From positions 1 through 29,831 of the forward strand of contig JAVBYH010000418.1 in assembly GCA_030824175.1 (NCBI GenBank): a DNA stretch of 29,831 bases. The letters are read 5' to 3'. Within the stretch, counting starts at the first letter, position 1, and each line of letters starts with the position of its first letter. Shown here piece by piece: positions 21,191-29,681 of the stretch. The notes below the pieces were generated by a model. That model was not told the DNA's origin and ran no database searches. It saw nothing but the letters and a program-made list of their open reading frames with translations. The stretch is from Bacteroidota bacterium (GTDB lineage Bacteria > Bacteroidota > Ignavibacteria > UBA10030 > UBA8401). The translations under genes were made by a program, and so were the position numbers.

Positions 21191-22624
21191 TTAACCGACG
21201 CTGCCCTCGAGCGAGACGCCGAGCAGCTTTTGCGCCTCGACGGCGAATTCCATGGGAAGGTTCTTGAAGACGGCCTTTGCGAATCCGTTCACGATCATCG
21301 AGATGGCGTTCTCACCGGTGATGCCGCGCTGCTTGCAGTAGAAGAGCTGGTCCTCGCCGATCTTCGAGGTGGACGCCTCGTGCTCGACGCTCGAGCTCGT
21401 GTTCTTCACCTCGATGTACGGGAACGTGTTCGCGCTGCACTGGTTGCCGAGCAGCATCGAATCGCACTGCGTGTAGTTCCTCGCGTTCGCCGCGTTCGGG
21501 CCGACCTTCACAAGACCGCGGTACGTGTTGTGCCCGCGGCCGGCCGAGATGCCTTTCGAGATGATCGTGCTCTTCGTGTTCCTGCCGATGTGTATCATCT
21601 TCGTGCCCGTGTCGGCCTGCTGGCGGTTGTTCACCACGGCGACAGAGTAGAACTCGCCGACGGAATTGTCGCCGAGCAGGATCACCGACGGGTATTTCCA
21701 TGTGATCGACGAGCCGGTCTCGACCTGTGTCCACGAGATCTTCGCGTTGTCGCCGGCGCACTTGCCGCGCTTCGTGACGAAGTTGTAGATGCCGCCCTTG
21801 CCGTCCTTGTCGCCGGCATACCAGTTCTGCACCGTCGAATATTTGATCTCGGCATCCTTCGCCGCCACGAGCTCGACCACTGCCGCGTGAAGCTGGTTCT
21901 CGTCTCTCATCGGCGCGGTGCATCCCTCGAGATAGCTCACGTACGCGCCCTCTTCGGCGACAATGAGCGTGCGCTCGAACTGCCCCGTGTTCAGCGCGTT
22001 GATGCGGAAGTACGTCGAGAGTTCCATCGGGCACCGGACACCCTTCGGGATGTAGCAGAACGAGCCGTCGCTGAACACGGCCGAATTCAGCGCGGCGAAA
22101 TAATTGTCCGTTGACGGTACAACCGAACCCAGATACTTTTTTATCAGTTCCGGATGCTCCTTCACCGCATCCGAGAAGGAACAGAAGATGATGCCGACTT
22201 TCGAGAGGGATTCCTTGAACGTCGTCGCGACAGAGACGCTGTCGAACACCGCGTCCACCGCCACACCGCTCATGCGCTTCTGCTCTGTGAGCGAGATGCC
22301 GAGCTTCTCGTACGTCTCACGCAGCTTCGGATCCACCTCGTCGAGACTGTTGATCGTCTTCGGCGCCTTCGGCGCGGAATAATACACCATCGACTGGTAG
22401 TCGATCGGCGGGTACGTCACGTTCTCCCAGTTCGGCTCCTTCATCGTCAGCCAGTGGCGGTACGCCTTCAGCCGCCATTCGAGCATGAACGGAGGCTCGC
22501 CCTTCTTCTCGGAGATCAGGCGCACGACATCTTCGCTTAATCCCGCCGGGATCGAATCCGATTCGATGTCCGTGACGAAACCGTACTTATATTCCTTGTT
22601 GACAAGCTCTTCCATTTCCTGCAT
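21191..22624 (-). CDS. sufB: Fe-S assembly protein SufB
   Basis: [32 protein letters not shown]; normal length, no intein. Confidence 0.97.
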   Translation of the reverse strand: MQEMEELVNKEYKYGFVTDIESDSIPAGLSEDVVRLISEKKGEPPFMLEWRLKAYRHWLTMKEPNWENVTYPPIDYQSMVYYSAPKAPKTINSLDEVDPKLRETYEKLGISLTEQKRMSGVAVDAVFDSVSVATTFKESLSKVGIIFCSFSDAVKEHPELIKKYLGSVVPSTDNYFAALNSAVFSDGSFCYIPKGVRCPMELSTYFRINALNTGQFERTLIVAEEGAYVSYLEGCTAPMRDENQLHAAVVELVAAKDAEIKYSTVQNWYAGDKDGKGGIYNFVTKRGKCAGDNAKISWTQVETGSSITWKYPSVILLGDNSVGEFYSVAVVNNRQQADTGTKMIHIGRNTKSTIISKGISAGRGHNTYRGLVKVGPNAANARNYTQCDSMLLGNQCSANTFPYIEVKNTSSSVEHEASTSKIGEDQLFYCKQRGITGENAISMIVNGFAKAVFKNLPMEFAVEAQKLLGVSLEGSVG

Positions 22625-22651
22625 AACATCTCCATGATGGCTGTAATGATT

Positions 22652-23020
22652 CTAGACGCCGAACGAACTTCCGCACCCGCAGCTCTTCGTCGCCTGCGGA
22701 TTGTTAAAGACGAAACCCCGCCCGTTCAGTCCGTCGCTGAAATCAAGCGTCGTGCCCGACAAGTAGAACATGCTTTTCTGGTCGATGAATACCGTGACGC
22801 CGTTTTTCTCGAGCACGATGTCACGCTCGGTCGATTTTTCATCGAACGCAAGCACATACGTCAGTCCCGAGCATCCGCCGCCCTTCACTCCGAGTCGGAG
22901 GCCGTGCGTGTCGGGAATCTTGTTCTCACTCTTGATGCGGCGCACTTCGATGGCGGCTTTTTCCGTCAACGTGATATCGTCTTCGGTCACCGGGGTCTGC
23001 TGAATTTCGATCGGATCCAT
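22652..23020 (-). CDS. iscA: A-type Fe-S carrier (HesB/IscA/SufA)
   Basis: GGCSG and CGCGSSF motifs. Start moved to ATG 23020 (AAGGAG RBS). Confidence 0.93.
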   Translation of the reverse strand: MDPIEIQQTPVTEDDITLTEKAAIEVRRIKSENKIPDTHGLRLGVKGGGCSGLTYVLAFDEKSTERDIVLEKNGVTVFIDQKSMFYLSGTTLDFSDGLNGRGFVFNNPQATKSCGCGSSFGV

Positions 23021-23045
23021 AACTCTCCTTGTGGTAATGTGGTGC

Positions 23046-23348
23046 TTATTTTTGAACTGCAGGCTGAACTGTCTTGGGTGTCGTGAATTCGGGATATGTG
23101 ACGACCCATCCCTGTGTGTTGACCCTGCGAAACATGTTCCGCTTCTCAAAATTTGCGATCACCTCGTGCGTAATCGCCTCGGCGGCAGTGAAGCCGACGA
23201 CAACATTGCGCTTGGCGAGATACTGCGTCACGCCGTACATGAGGTCGCGGTAGAAGACGTTGGACATGTGATACACCGGGAACTTCGTTCGCAGGTAATT
23301 GAGAAATTCGATCGGGCTGTTGGTGATGATTTGAACATGTGCGGTCAT
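23046..23348 (-). CDS. Uncharacterised 100-aa protein inside the Fe-S operon
   Basis: GC3-rich coding pattern, ATGA overlap with the iscS stop, fills the gap before iscA. No family recognised. Confidence 0.8.
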   Translation of the reverse strand: MTAHVQIITNSPIEFLNYLRTKFPVYHMSNVFYRDLMYGVTQYLAKRNVVVGFTAAEAITHEVIANFEKRNMFRRVNTQGWVVTYPEFTTPKTVQPAVQK

Positions 23349-24556
23349 GAAAGATCCTTTGTTGATGGTTGCCGCTCCGCGAGGGAGCGCTGGTTATAGA
23401 TGAACTCTGTGATGCGTCTGCCCGTATACTCGATCTCGGCGTCCGTGGTGAAGCGCCCGATGCCGAAGCGGAGCGTGGACTCTGCCTGGTGGCGGCTCAG
23501 GCCGATGGCCCGAAGCACGTGAGAATATTCTTCCGTCGCGGCGTCCTCGGAGGTGCATGCGCTTCCGGTTGAGATCGCGATTTCGCGGATCTCCGTCAGG
23601 ACGTCCTTCGAGACGATCCCGGCGAGCGTCACATTGAGATTGTTCGGAAGCCTGTTCGTTTCGTCGCCGTTGACGCGCACACCGCCGGCGGCAGCGAGGT
23701 GCGCCTGCAGCTCGTCGCGCATGCGCGCGATGCGTTTGTGTTCCGGCTGCCCGAGCTGCACCGCGAGCACCGCGGCTTCGCTGAAGCCCACGATGCCAGG
23801 AATGTTCAGCGTCCCCGAGCGCAGCCCGAATTCGTGGCCGCCGCCGTCCATCTGCGGCGCGATCCGCACACCGTTCCTGTTGCGGCGCAGAAACAAGCCG
23901 CCGACGCCCTTCGGACCGTAGAGCTTGTGCGCCGAAAACGACATCGCGTCGATGCGCATCGCCTTCACGTCGATCGCCACTTTCCCGTAGGCCTGCGATG
24001 CGTCGGTATGAAAAATGATGCCGCGCTCACTGCACATCCTGCCGATCGCTCCGAGCGGAGCGACGGTGCCGATCTCGTTGTTGGCCGCCATGATCGATAC
24101 GAGAATCGTCCGGTCGGTGAGCGCGCGCTCCAACTCGTCGAGATCGATGCGCCCGTGTGCGTCAACATCCAGCGTCGTCACGCTGAAACCGCACGTCCGC
24201 AGCGCGGCGCACGTGTCGAGCACGGAGCGGTGTTCGGTCGCACAGGTGACGATATGCGTGCCTTTGCCGCTGTATGCCTCAGCAATGCCCTTCAAGGCAA
24301 GATTGTTGGACTCTGTGGCGCCGCTCGTGAAGATGATCTCGTTTGACTCGGCATTCATCGAACCGGCGATGGTCCGCCGCGCCAATTCGGCAGCCTCTTT
24401 GGCATGCCACCCGTACCGATGCTCCTTGCTCGATGCGTTGCCGTACTGCTCCGCAAAATACGGCAGCATCGCCTCGATCACGCGGGGATCCACACGCGTC
24501 GTCGAATGATTGTCGAGATAGATCGGAAAATGAATGTCGTTTGTGTGCGTTGTCAT
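23345..24556 (-). CDS. iscS: Cysteine desulfurase, group I (IscS/NifS-like)
   Basis: FTSGATESNN, TEH, SAHKLYGPKG (PLP Lys), RSGT, TGSACTS catalytic Cys. Confidence 0.92.
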   Translation of the reverse strand: MTTHTNDIHFPIYLDNHSTTRVDPRVIEAMLPYFAEQYGNASSKEHRYGWHAKEAAELARRTIAGSMNAESNEIIFTSGATESNNLALKGIAEAYSGKGTHIVTCATEHRSVLDTCAALRTCGFSVTTLDVDAHGRIDLDELERALTDRTILVSIMAANNEIGTVAPLGAIGRMCSERGIIFHTDASQAYGKVAIDVKAMRIDAMSFSAHKLYGPKGVGGLFLRRNRNGVRIAPQMDGGGHEFGLRSGTLNIPGIVGFSEAAVLAVQLGQPEHKRIARMRDELQAHLAAAGGVRVNGDETNRLPNNLNVTLAGIVSKDVLTEIREIAISTGSACTSEDAATEEYSHVLRAIGLSRHQAESTLRFGIGRFTTDAEIEYTGRRITEFIYNQRSLAERQPSTKDLS

Positions 24557-24565
24557 AGCCGTGTG

Positions 24566-24967
24566 TTATACGATCTCCGACACCTTCATCGTGTTGAACA
24601 CCTGGTGAAGGTTATGTTGGATCTTCCCCAGCGGATTCTTTATCGTGCAATTGTCGTAGATCGAACAGATGCCGTCATCGGCCGTCAAACATTGTACGAT
24701 GCCCGCCGACGCGGCGCCTTCGATCGCGTCGATGACGTTTGTGATCGAGATATCCGCCGCCCGTCGGGCCAATGTGTATCCCCCGTTCATGCCCTGCTGC
24801 GACACGATGAGACCCGCCTTCGCCAGCTTCTGCAGCACCTTCGCAACAAGGTCGTGCGATATCGCATACCGGTCGGAGATCTCCTTCGCAGAAGAAACGG
24901 ACTGCGCCGCGGCGATGTGCCGCATTGCGATGAGACCATATTCGACTTTTTTCGATAATTTCAGCAT
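24566..24967 (-). CDS. Rrf2 family Fe-S-sensing regulator (SUF-associated Rrf2 type)
   Basis: GGYTLAR wing; C93-x7-C101-x5-C107. Lacks the residues equivalent to IscR E43 and H107. Confidence 0.9.
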   Translation of the reverse strand: MLKLSKKVEYGLIAMRHIAAAQSVSSAKEISDRYAISHDLVAKVLQKLAKAGLIVSQQGMNGGYTLARRAADISITNVIDAIEGAASAGIVQCLTADDGICSIYDNCTIKNPLGKIQHNLHQVFNTMKVSEIV

Positions 24968-24973
24968 CGGGAA

Positions 24974-24994
24974 CTCGGACTAAAACGGTCCTAT
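24974..24994. promoter_or_regulatory. Putative Rrf2 autoregulatory operator (IscR type-1-like)
   Basis: GGAC-N7-GTCC palindrome at 24977-24991. Core GACTAAAACGGTC is one mismatch from the IscR type-1 core GACTRWWWYAGTC, 9 nt upstream of the regulator ATG. Confidence 0.65.
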
Positions 24995-25157
24995 TTATGG
25001 GTAAAAAAATATTTGTTTCTCTTCAGTTTATAACAGGGCTGTGTTCCAAATAGTTTCGATCGCCGCCATAAAAGTACGAATTATTTCAATGTGTTCAAAA
25101 TACTTTATGAGAACTGCATACTTTTCACTAACAGCATGCCCCCAGACTGCCATGCGA

Positions 25158-25186
25158 TTGCATTACAGGGATATTTTGGCTATTTT
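25158..25186 (+). promoter_or_regulatory. Putative sigma70 promoter of hbd-ackA
   Basis: TTGCAT-N17-TATTTT. Confidence 0.5.
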
Positions 25187-25260
25187 ATGAGAGAAAATTC
25201 ACCGTGCCCCCCTTCGACACATCATTACTGAACTCAACTTACACATAATACGACACTCTT

Positions 25261-26202
25261 ATGGCTGAATCACCATCTATGCATCGGATCGAAGACATTC
25301 TGAGCGACATTCAGTTCGCAAAACCCGTTTCCAACGAGATCAACTCCATTGCCGTCATCGGATTCGGCATCATGGGTCAGGGCATTGCGCAGACCATCGC
25401 CGCCGCCGGTATTGAGGTCACGGCAATCGAGAAGTCGCCCGAACGCCTCGCGATCATGTACCAATCACTCGAGGAACAAATGGACCGCGAGATCATGCGC
25501 TGGACGATGACGAAAAGCGAAAAACGCGCCATCCTCTCGCGCATCCACGGCACCTCCGATTTTCAGAAGGTAAAAGAGTGCGAGATCGTCATCGAGGCGG
25601 TCGACGAGAATTTCGAAATGAAGAAGAAGATCTTCGCCGAGCTCGACGCACTTTGCCCCCACGAGACGATCTTCATCTCCAACACGTCCACGCTGAGCCT
25701 CTCGAAGCTCGCGGCAGCGACGACGCGGCCGGACAAGGTCGTCGGCATGCACTTCCTGAATCCCGTGCCCAAGGTCCCCCTCGTGGAGATCGTGCGCGGC
25801 ATGCAGACGTCCGACGAATCCTTCATCCAGGTGAAACGGCTCGCCGAACGGCTTGGGAAAACGGCCATCGAGGTGTTCGAATATCCCGGATTCGTCACCA
25901 CGCGTGTGATCATTCCGCTCATCAACGAGGCGGTGCACGTGCTCATGGAAGGCGTCGCGACAGCCGAAGGCATCGACACCGCCATGAAACTCGGATACCA
26001 TTTCCAATACGGACCGCTGGAGCTCGCCGACAGCATGGGGCTGAACGAGGTGCTGGCCTGGATGGAATCCCTCTTCCACGAATTGGGCGATGCGAAGTAC
26101 CGCCCCTGCCCCCTTCTCCGGCGCATGGTTCGCGAAGGCAAACTCGGACGCAAAAGCGGCGAAGGATTTTTCAAATACGACGAATCAGGAAAAAAATCAT
26201 GA
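25261..26202 (+). CDS. hbd: 3-hydroxyacyl-CoA (3-hydroxybutyryl-CoA) dehydrogenase
   Basis: Rossmann GFGIMGQGIA, IEAVDE, SNTS, GMHFLNP..LVE, GPLELAD, LGRKSGEGFF. Confidence 0.88.
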   Translation: MAESPSMHRIEDILSDIQFAKPVSNEINSIAVIGFGIMGQGIAQTIAAAGIEVTAIEKSPERLAIMYQSLEEQMDREIMRWTMTKSEKRAILSRIHGTSDFQKVKECEIVIEAVDENFEMKKKIFAELDALCPHETIFISNTSTLSLSKLAAATTRPDKVVGMHFLNPVPKVPLVEIVRGMQTSDESFIQVKRLAERLGKTAIEVFEYPGFVTTRVIIPLINEAVHVLMEGVATAEGIDTAMKLGYHFQYGPLELADSMGLNEVLAWMESLFHELGDAKYRPCPLLRRMVREGKLGRKSGEGFFKYDESGKKS

Positions 26203-27401
26203 AAATATTAGTGTTGAATTGCGGTAGCTCTTCCGTTAAATACCAGCTCATCGATGTCGATTCGAAGGTCGCCCTCACCAAAGGCAGTATCGAACGGATC
26301 GGCATGGCCGACGCCGTGCTCACCAATCAGCGATCCGACGGCGACGAGATCAAGATCACAGGAGACATCCTCGAACACACGACGGCAATCGAATACATCC
26401 TGGCCGTCCTGCTGAGCAAGAACCACGGCGTCATTACGGACAAGAACGAGATCGCCGCCGTTGGGCATCGTGTCGTGCATGGCGCCGAGCGATTCACCGA
26501 TTCGGTCCTCATCGAGGACGATGTGCTCAAGGGCATCAGGGACAGTTTCGACATCGCCCCGCTGCACAATCCGCACAACCTCCGGGGCATTCTCGCCTGC
26601 CAGGTAAACCTCCCCGGCATTCCCCAGGTCGGCGTGTTCGATACGGCGTTCCATCACAACATGCCGCCGCAGGCCTACCTCTACGGCATCCCGTATTCGC
26701 TCTACACACAATATAAGATCCGCCGTTACGGTTTCCATGGCACAAGCCATAAGTTCGTGTCGCAGCGCCTGGCCACGCTCCAGCGCAAGGATATCAGGGA
26801 CCTGAAGATCATCACCTGCCACCTCGGGAACGGCTGCAGCATGGCCGCCGTGGACCGCGGCGCTTCAGTCGATACCACAATGGGGTTCACACCGCTCGAA
26901 GGACTCCTGATGGGCACGCGCTCGGGAGATATGGACCCGTCCGTGATCCTCTACATCAGCGGCAAGGAGGAACTCTCGTATGCGGAGGCGAATACGCTCC
27001 TGAACAAGCACAGCGGACTGCAGGGCATCTCCGGCGTCTCGAGCGACATGCGCGAGATCGAAACGGAAATGAAGGCGGGCAACAAGCGCGCCAGGATGGC
27101 CTTCGACGTGTTCGTCTATCGCGTGAAGAAATACATCGGCGCCTATGCCGCCGCAATGGGAGGCCTCGACGCCGTCGTCTTCACCGGCGGCATCGGCGAG
27201 AACTCCATCGAGGTCCGTCACGCCGTCTGCCAGAACATGGAATATTTCGGCATCGAGCTGGACGAGGACCGCAACACATCGAAGGACAAGGAGAAGCCCA
27301 TCAACAAGGACTCGGCGCGCACGAAGGTCTACGTCATCCCCACGAACGAGGAGCTCATGATCGCCATGGAGACCGAAACAGTCGTCCGCGGCAAGAACTG
27401 A
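26199..27401 (+). CDS. ackA: Acetate kinase
   Basis: LNCGSSSVK, GHRVVHG, PLHNP, FDTAFH, HLGNG, GTRSGD, FTGGIGEN, PTNEE. True start ATG 26199 (ATGA overlap), not 25578. Confidence 0.95.
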   Translation: MKILVLNCGSSSVKYQLIDVDSKVALTKGSIERIGMADAVLTNQRSDGDEIKITGDILEHTTAIEYILAVLLSKNHGVITDKNEIAAVGHRVVHGAERFTDSVLIEDDVLKGIRDSFDIAPLHNPHNLRGILACQVNLPGIPQVGVFDTAFHHNMPPQAYLYGIPYSLYTQYKIRRYGFHGTSHKFVSQRLATLQRKDIRDLKIITCHLGNGCSMAAVDRGASVDTTMGFTPLEGLLMGTRSGDMDPSVILYISGKEELSYAEANTLLNKHSGLQGISGVSSDMREIETEMKAGNKRARMAFDVFVYRVKKYIGAYAAAMGGLDAVVFTGGIGENSIEVRHAVCQNMEYFGIELDEDRNTSKDKEKPINKDSARTKVYVIPTNEELMIAMETETVVRGKN

Positions 27402-27418
27402 CCGCGCAATACGAGCGT

Positions 27419-27495
27419 GTAGGGCGAAACGGTGTTTCGCCCCGGTTCACCTACCGTACGATCGCGTGGCAGGGCGAAATATCATTTCGCCCTAC
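27419..27495. repeat. REPIN-like inverted doublet of GTAG REP palindromes
   Basis: GTAGGGCGAAACGGTGTTTCGCCC (27419-27442, +), a 29-nt spacer, then GGGCGAAATATCATTTCGCCCTAC (27472-27495, - orientation). Confidence 0.8.
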
Positions 27496-27504
27496 AAGTA
27501 ACAG

Positions 27505-27549
27505 ACACGCCCGCCAATTCTTCTCGAATTGACGGGCGTGTTGTGTTTT
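27505..27549. terminator. Probable bidirectional terminator between ackA and the DHS-like gene
   Basis: 16-bp stem with one mismatch, ACACGCCCGCCAATTC / GAATTGACGGGCGTGT, followed by TGTGTTTT. Confidence 0.7.
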
Positions 27550-27567
27550 AACCCCTGCAGGCGGCGC

Positions 27568-28590
27568 TTAGTACATCTTCGCCCACTGGTATTTCTTCCG
27601 CGATTTCCATTTGGCGTTGTGATACACGTAACTGAAGATCAGCGGGACGACCGTCGTGGCTTCGGCATACACCATCTGCTCGAACACGGTGTCGACTTTT
27701 CCCCAGGAGCTGGCTTCCTTCAGCGTGGAGCTTGAGCAGGCGCCGTCCCTCACGTCGGCAACGGTGATCTGCACCGCATACTTGTGCATCGGCACTTCCT
27801 TGCCGAGGCATTCCGCACAGACGACCGTGTCCTGCGCGAAATTCTTCGGCACGCCGCCGCCGATCATGAAGAGGCCCGAGGTTTTCGCCGCCATCTTGAT
27901 CTCCGTGAGTTCAAGGAAATCCTTCGCCGAATCGAGGCTCATGTACGGCTTGCCTTTCTTGCGGTTCTCATACTGGTGCATGACAAGCCCGAAGCCGGCG
28001 CTTGAATCGGAGAATGCGGGACAGAAGATCGGCATGTTGTTCTCGTAGGCGAGCTGCACGAGCGAATTCTTCTTCTTCGAGTTCTTCACGAGGTATTTCC
28101 CCATCTCGGCGATGAACTCGCGCGAGGAGTACGGGCGCGGTTCGAGCGTGTCGGCGATCTTCTTGATCGTGGCGTCGCAGGTCTGGAGCTGCGCCTCGTC
28201 GATGTACGTATCGTAGATCCTGTCCACATAATTATTGCGCAGCATCGCATCGTCGATGAACGGCGTTCCCTTGTAATGCCTGAAGCCGAGGGCCTCGAAG
28301 AAATCCATGTCGACGATGGAGGCGCCCGTGGCCACGACGGCGTCGACCATGTTATATTTCACCATGTCCGCATACACGTTCATGCATCCGCCGGCGCTCG
28401 TCGAGCCTGCGAGCGTGAGCATGATTGTGCATCCTTTTTCGTCGATCATTTTCTTCAGAATGTCCGCGGCGCGCGCAGTGTCGCGCGACGAGAAGGACAT
28501 CTCGCGCATCGAGTTGATGATCGGGGTGGAATCGTACTTCGTGGCGTCCACCTGCGTGACCACTTGTTTGAGGAGGTCTTTTTTCTTCAT
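27568..28590 (-). CDS. Deoxyhypusine synthase-like protein (bacterial homospermidine-type synthase family)
   Basis: SFSSR, VVATGA, PAFSDSSAG, IGGGVPKNF, YAVQIT..D.RDG..S..EASSWGK (catalytic Lys kept), AEATTVVP. Confidence 0.88.
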   Translation of the reverse strand: MKKKDLLKQVVTQVDATKYDSTPIINSMREMSFSSRDTARAADILKKMIDEKGCTIMLTLAGSTSAGGCMNVYADMVKYNMVDAVVATGASIVDMDFFEALGFRHYKGTPFIDDAMLRNNYVDRIYDTYIDEAQLQTCDATIKKIADTLEPRPYSSREFIAEMGKYLVKNSKKKNSLVQLAYENNMPIFCPAFSDSSAGFGLVMHQYENRKKGKPYMSLDSAKDFLELTEIKMAAKTSGLFMIGGGVPKNFAQDTVVCAECLGKEVPMHKYAVQITVADVRDGACSSSTLKEASSWGKVDTVFEQMVYAEATTVVPLIFSYVYHNAKWKSRKKYQWAKMY

Positions 28591-28672
28591 TGTCGTTCCT
28601 TTGTAAGTATGTGATAGTGTCGTTTTTTTCCACAGTCAGTGCGGCATGGCATTCCTCGGCCGCGCTCCCCCG

Positions 28673-29647
28673 TCAGAGATAGCGGTCCGAGGGATGGAGA
28701 TAGTTCGCCACATAGTCGCGTACGGATTCCTCGAGCGTCATGAACGATGCCGGGAATCCCTTGCCCTTCAATTTTGCGACCGTCGCTTCCGTGTGATACT
28801 GGTACGCGTTGCGTATGCTCTCCGGCATGTCGATGTATTCGATGTTCGCCGGTTTCCCGAGCGCGGAAAAGATCGCGTTCGCAAGGTCGTTCCACGAGCG
28901 GGAAACGCCGGTGCCGAGATTGTAGATGCCGTTCACGTCCTTATGCTCAAGGAGCCACCAGAGCGCCTCGGTAACGTCCTTCACGTAGATGAAATCGCGC
29001 ACCTGCTCCCCGTCCTTGTAGTCGTCGCGGTGCGACCGGAAGAGCTTCACCGTGCCGGTCTCCATGATCTGGCGGTAGGCTTTCACGACGAGGCTCTTCA
29101 TCTCGCCCTTATGATACTCGTTCGGACCGAACACGTTGAAGAACTTGATGCCGGCGACCGAGTCCATGAGCCCGTTCTGCATCGCCCAGAGGTCGAACAC
29201 CTGCTTCGAATAGCCGTACGGGTTTAGGGGGCGCAGCAGCGGCGTTACCGCATCGTCGTCCGAGAATCCGCGCTCGCCGTCGCCGTATGTGGCGGCGCTG
29301 CTTGCGTAGATGAACCGGATGTCGCTCCACGTGGCGTAGTCGGCCAGGCGCTTTGAATAGTAATAATTGTTCTGCATGAGATAGTCGACGTTCCGTTCCG
29401 TCGTCGCCGAGCAGGCGCCGAGGTGGATGATGGCGTCGAAGTCGCCGCGCGGAAACGTGCCGCCGTCAATCGCCTTGAGGAACGTATCCTTGTGCATGTA
29501 ATCGGCGAACCGCTTGCCGACGAGATTCTTCCATTTATCGGTCGATCCGAGGTCGTCGACGACAAGAATATCCTCGCGTCCCTTCTCGTTCAGTTTCGCT
29601 ATCATGGCGCTTCCGATGAATCCCGCGCCGCCTGTCACTACGATCAT
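28673..29647 (-). CDS. hldD: ADP-L-glycero-D-manno-heptose 6-epimerase
   Basis: VTGGAGFIGS, HLGACSATTE, YASSAATYG, PLNPYGYSK, FFNVFGPNEYHKG.M.S, RDFIYVKD. Confidence 0.95.
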   Translation of the reverse strand: MIVVTGGAGFIGSAMIAKLNEKGREDILVVDDLGSTDKWKNLVGKRFADYMHKDTFLKAIDGGTFPRGDFDAIIHLGACSATTERNVDYLMQNNYYYSKRLADYATWSDIRFIYASSAATYGDGERGFSDDDAVTPLLRPLNPYGYSKQVFDLWAMQNGLMDSVAGIKFFNVFGPNEYHKGEMKSLVVKAYRQIMETGTVKLFRSHRDDYKDGEQVRDFIYVKDVTEALWWLLEHKDVNGIYNLGTGVSRSWNDLANAIFSALGKPANIEYIDMPESIRNAYQYHTEATVAKLKGKGFPASFMTLEESVRDYVANYLHPSDRYL

Positions 29648-29681
29648 TGTCTGTCCTTTGATGGTTGTATCGGGAAATAAT

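Noticed and set aside
25095-25195. Direct repeat TTTATGAGA (two copies) in the Rrf2/hbd intergenic region
   Set aside because: Short, in AT-rich DNA and far apart; compatible with chance.
25578-26198. Apparent 207-aa N-terminal extension of AckA in the ORF track
   Set aside because: It is an alternative frame of hbd; AckA homology starts at MKILVLNCGSSS (26199).
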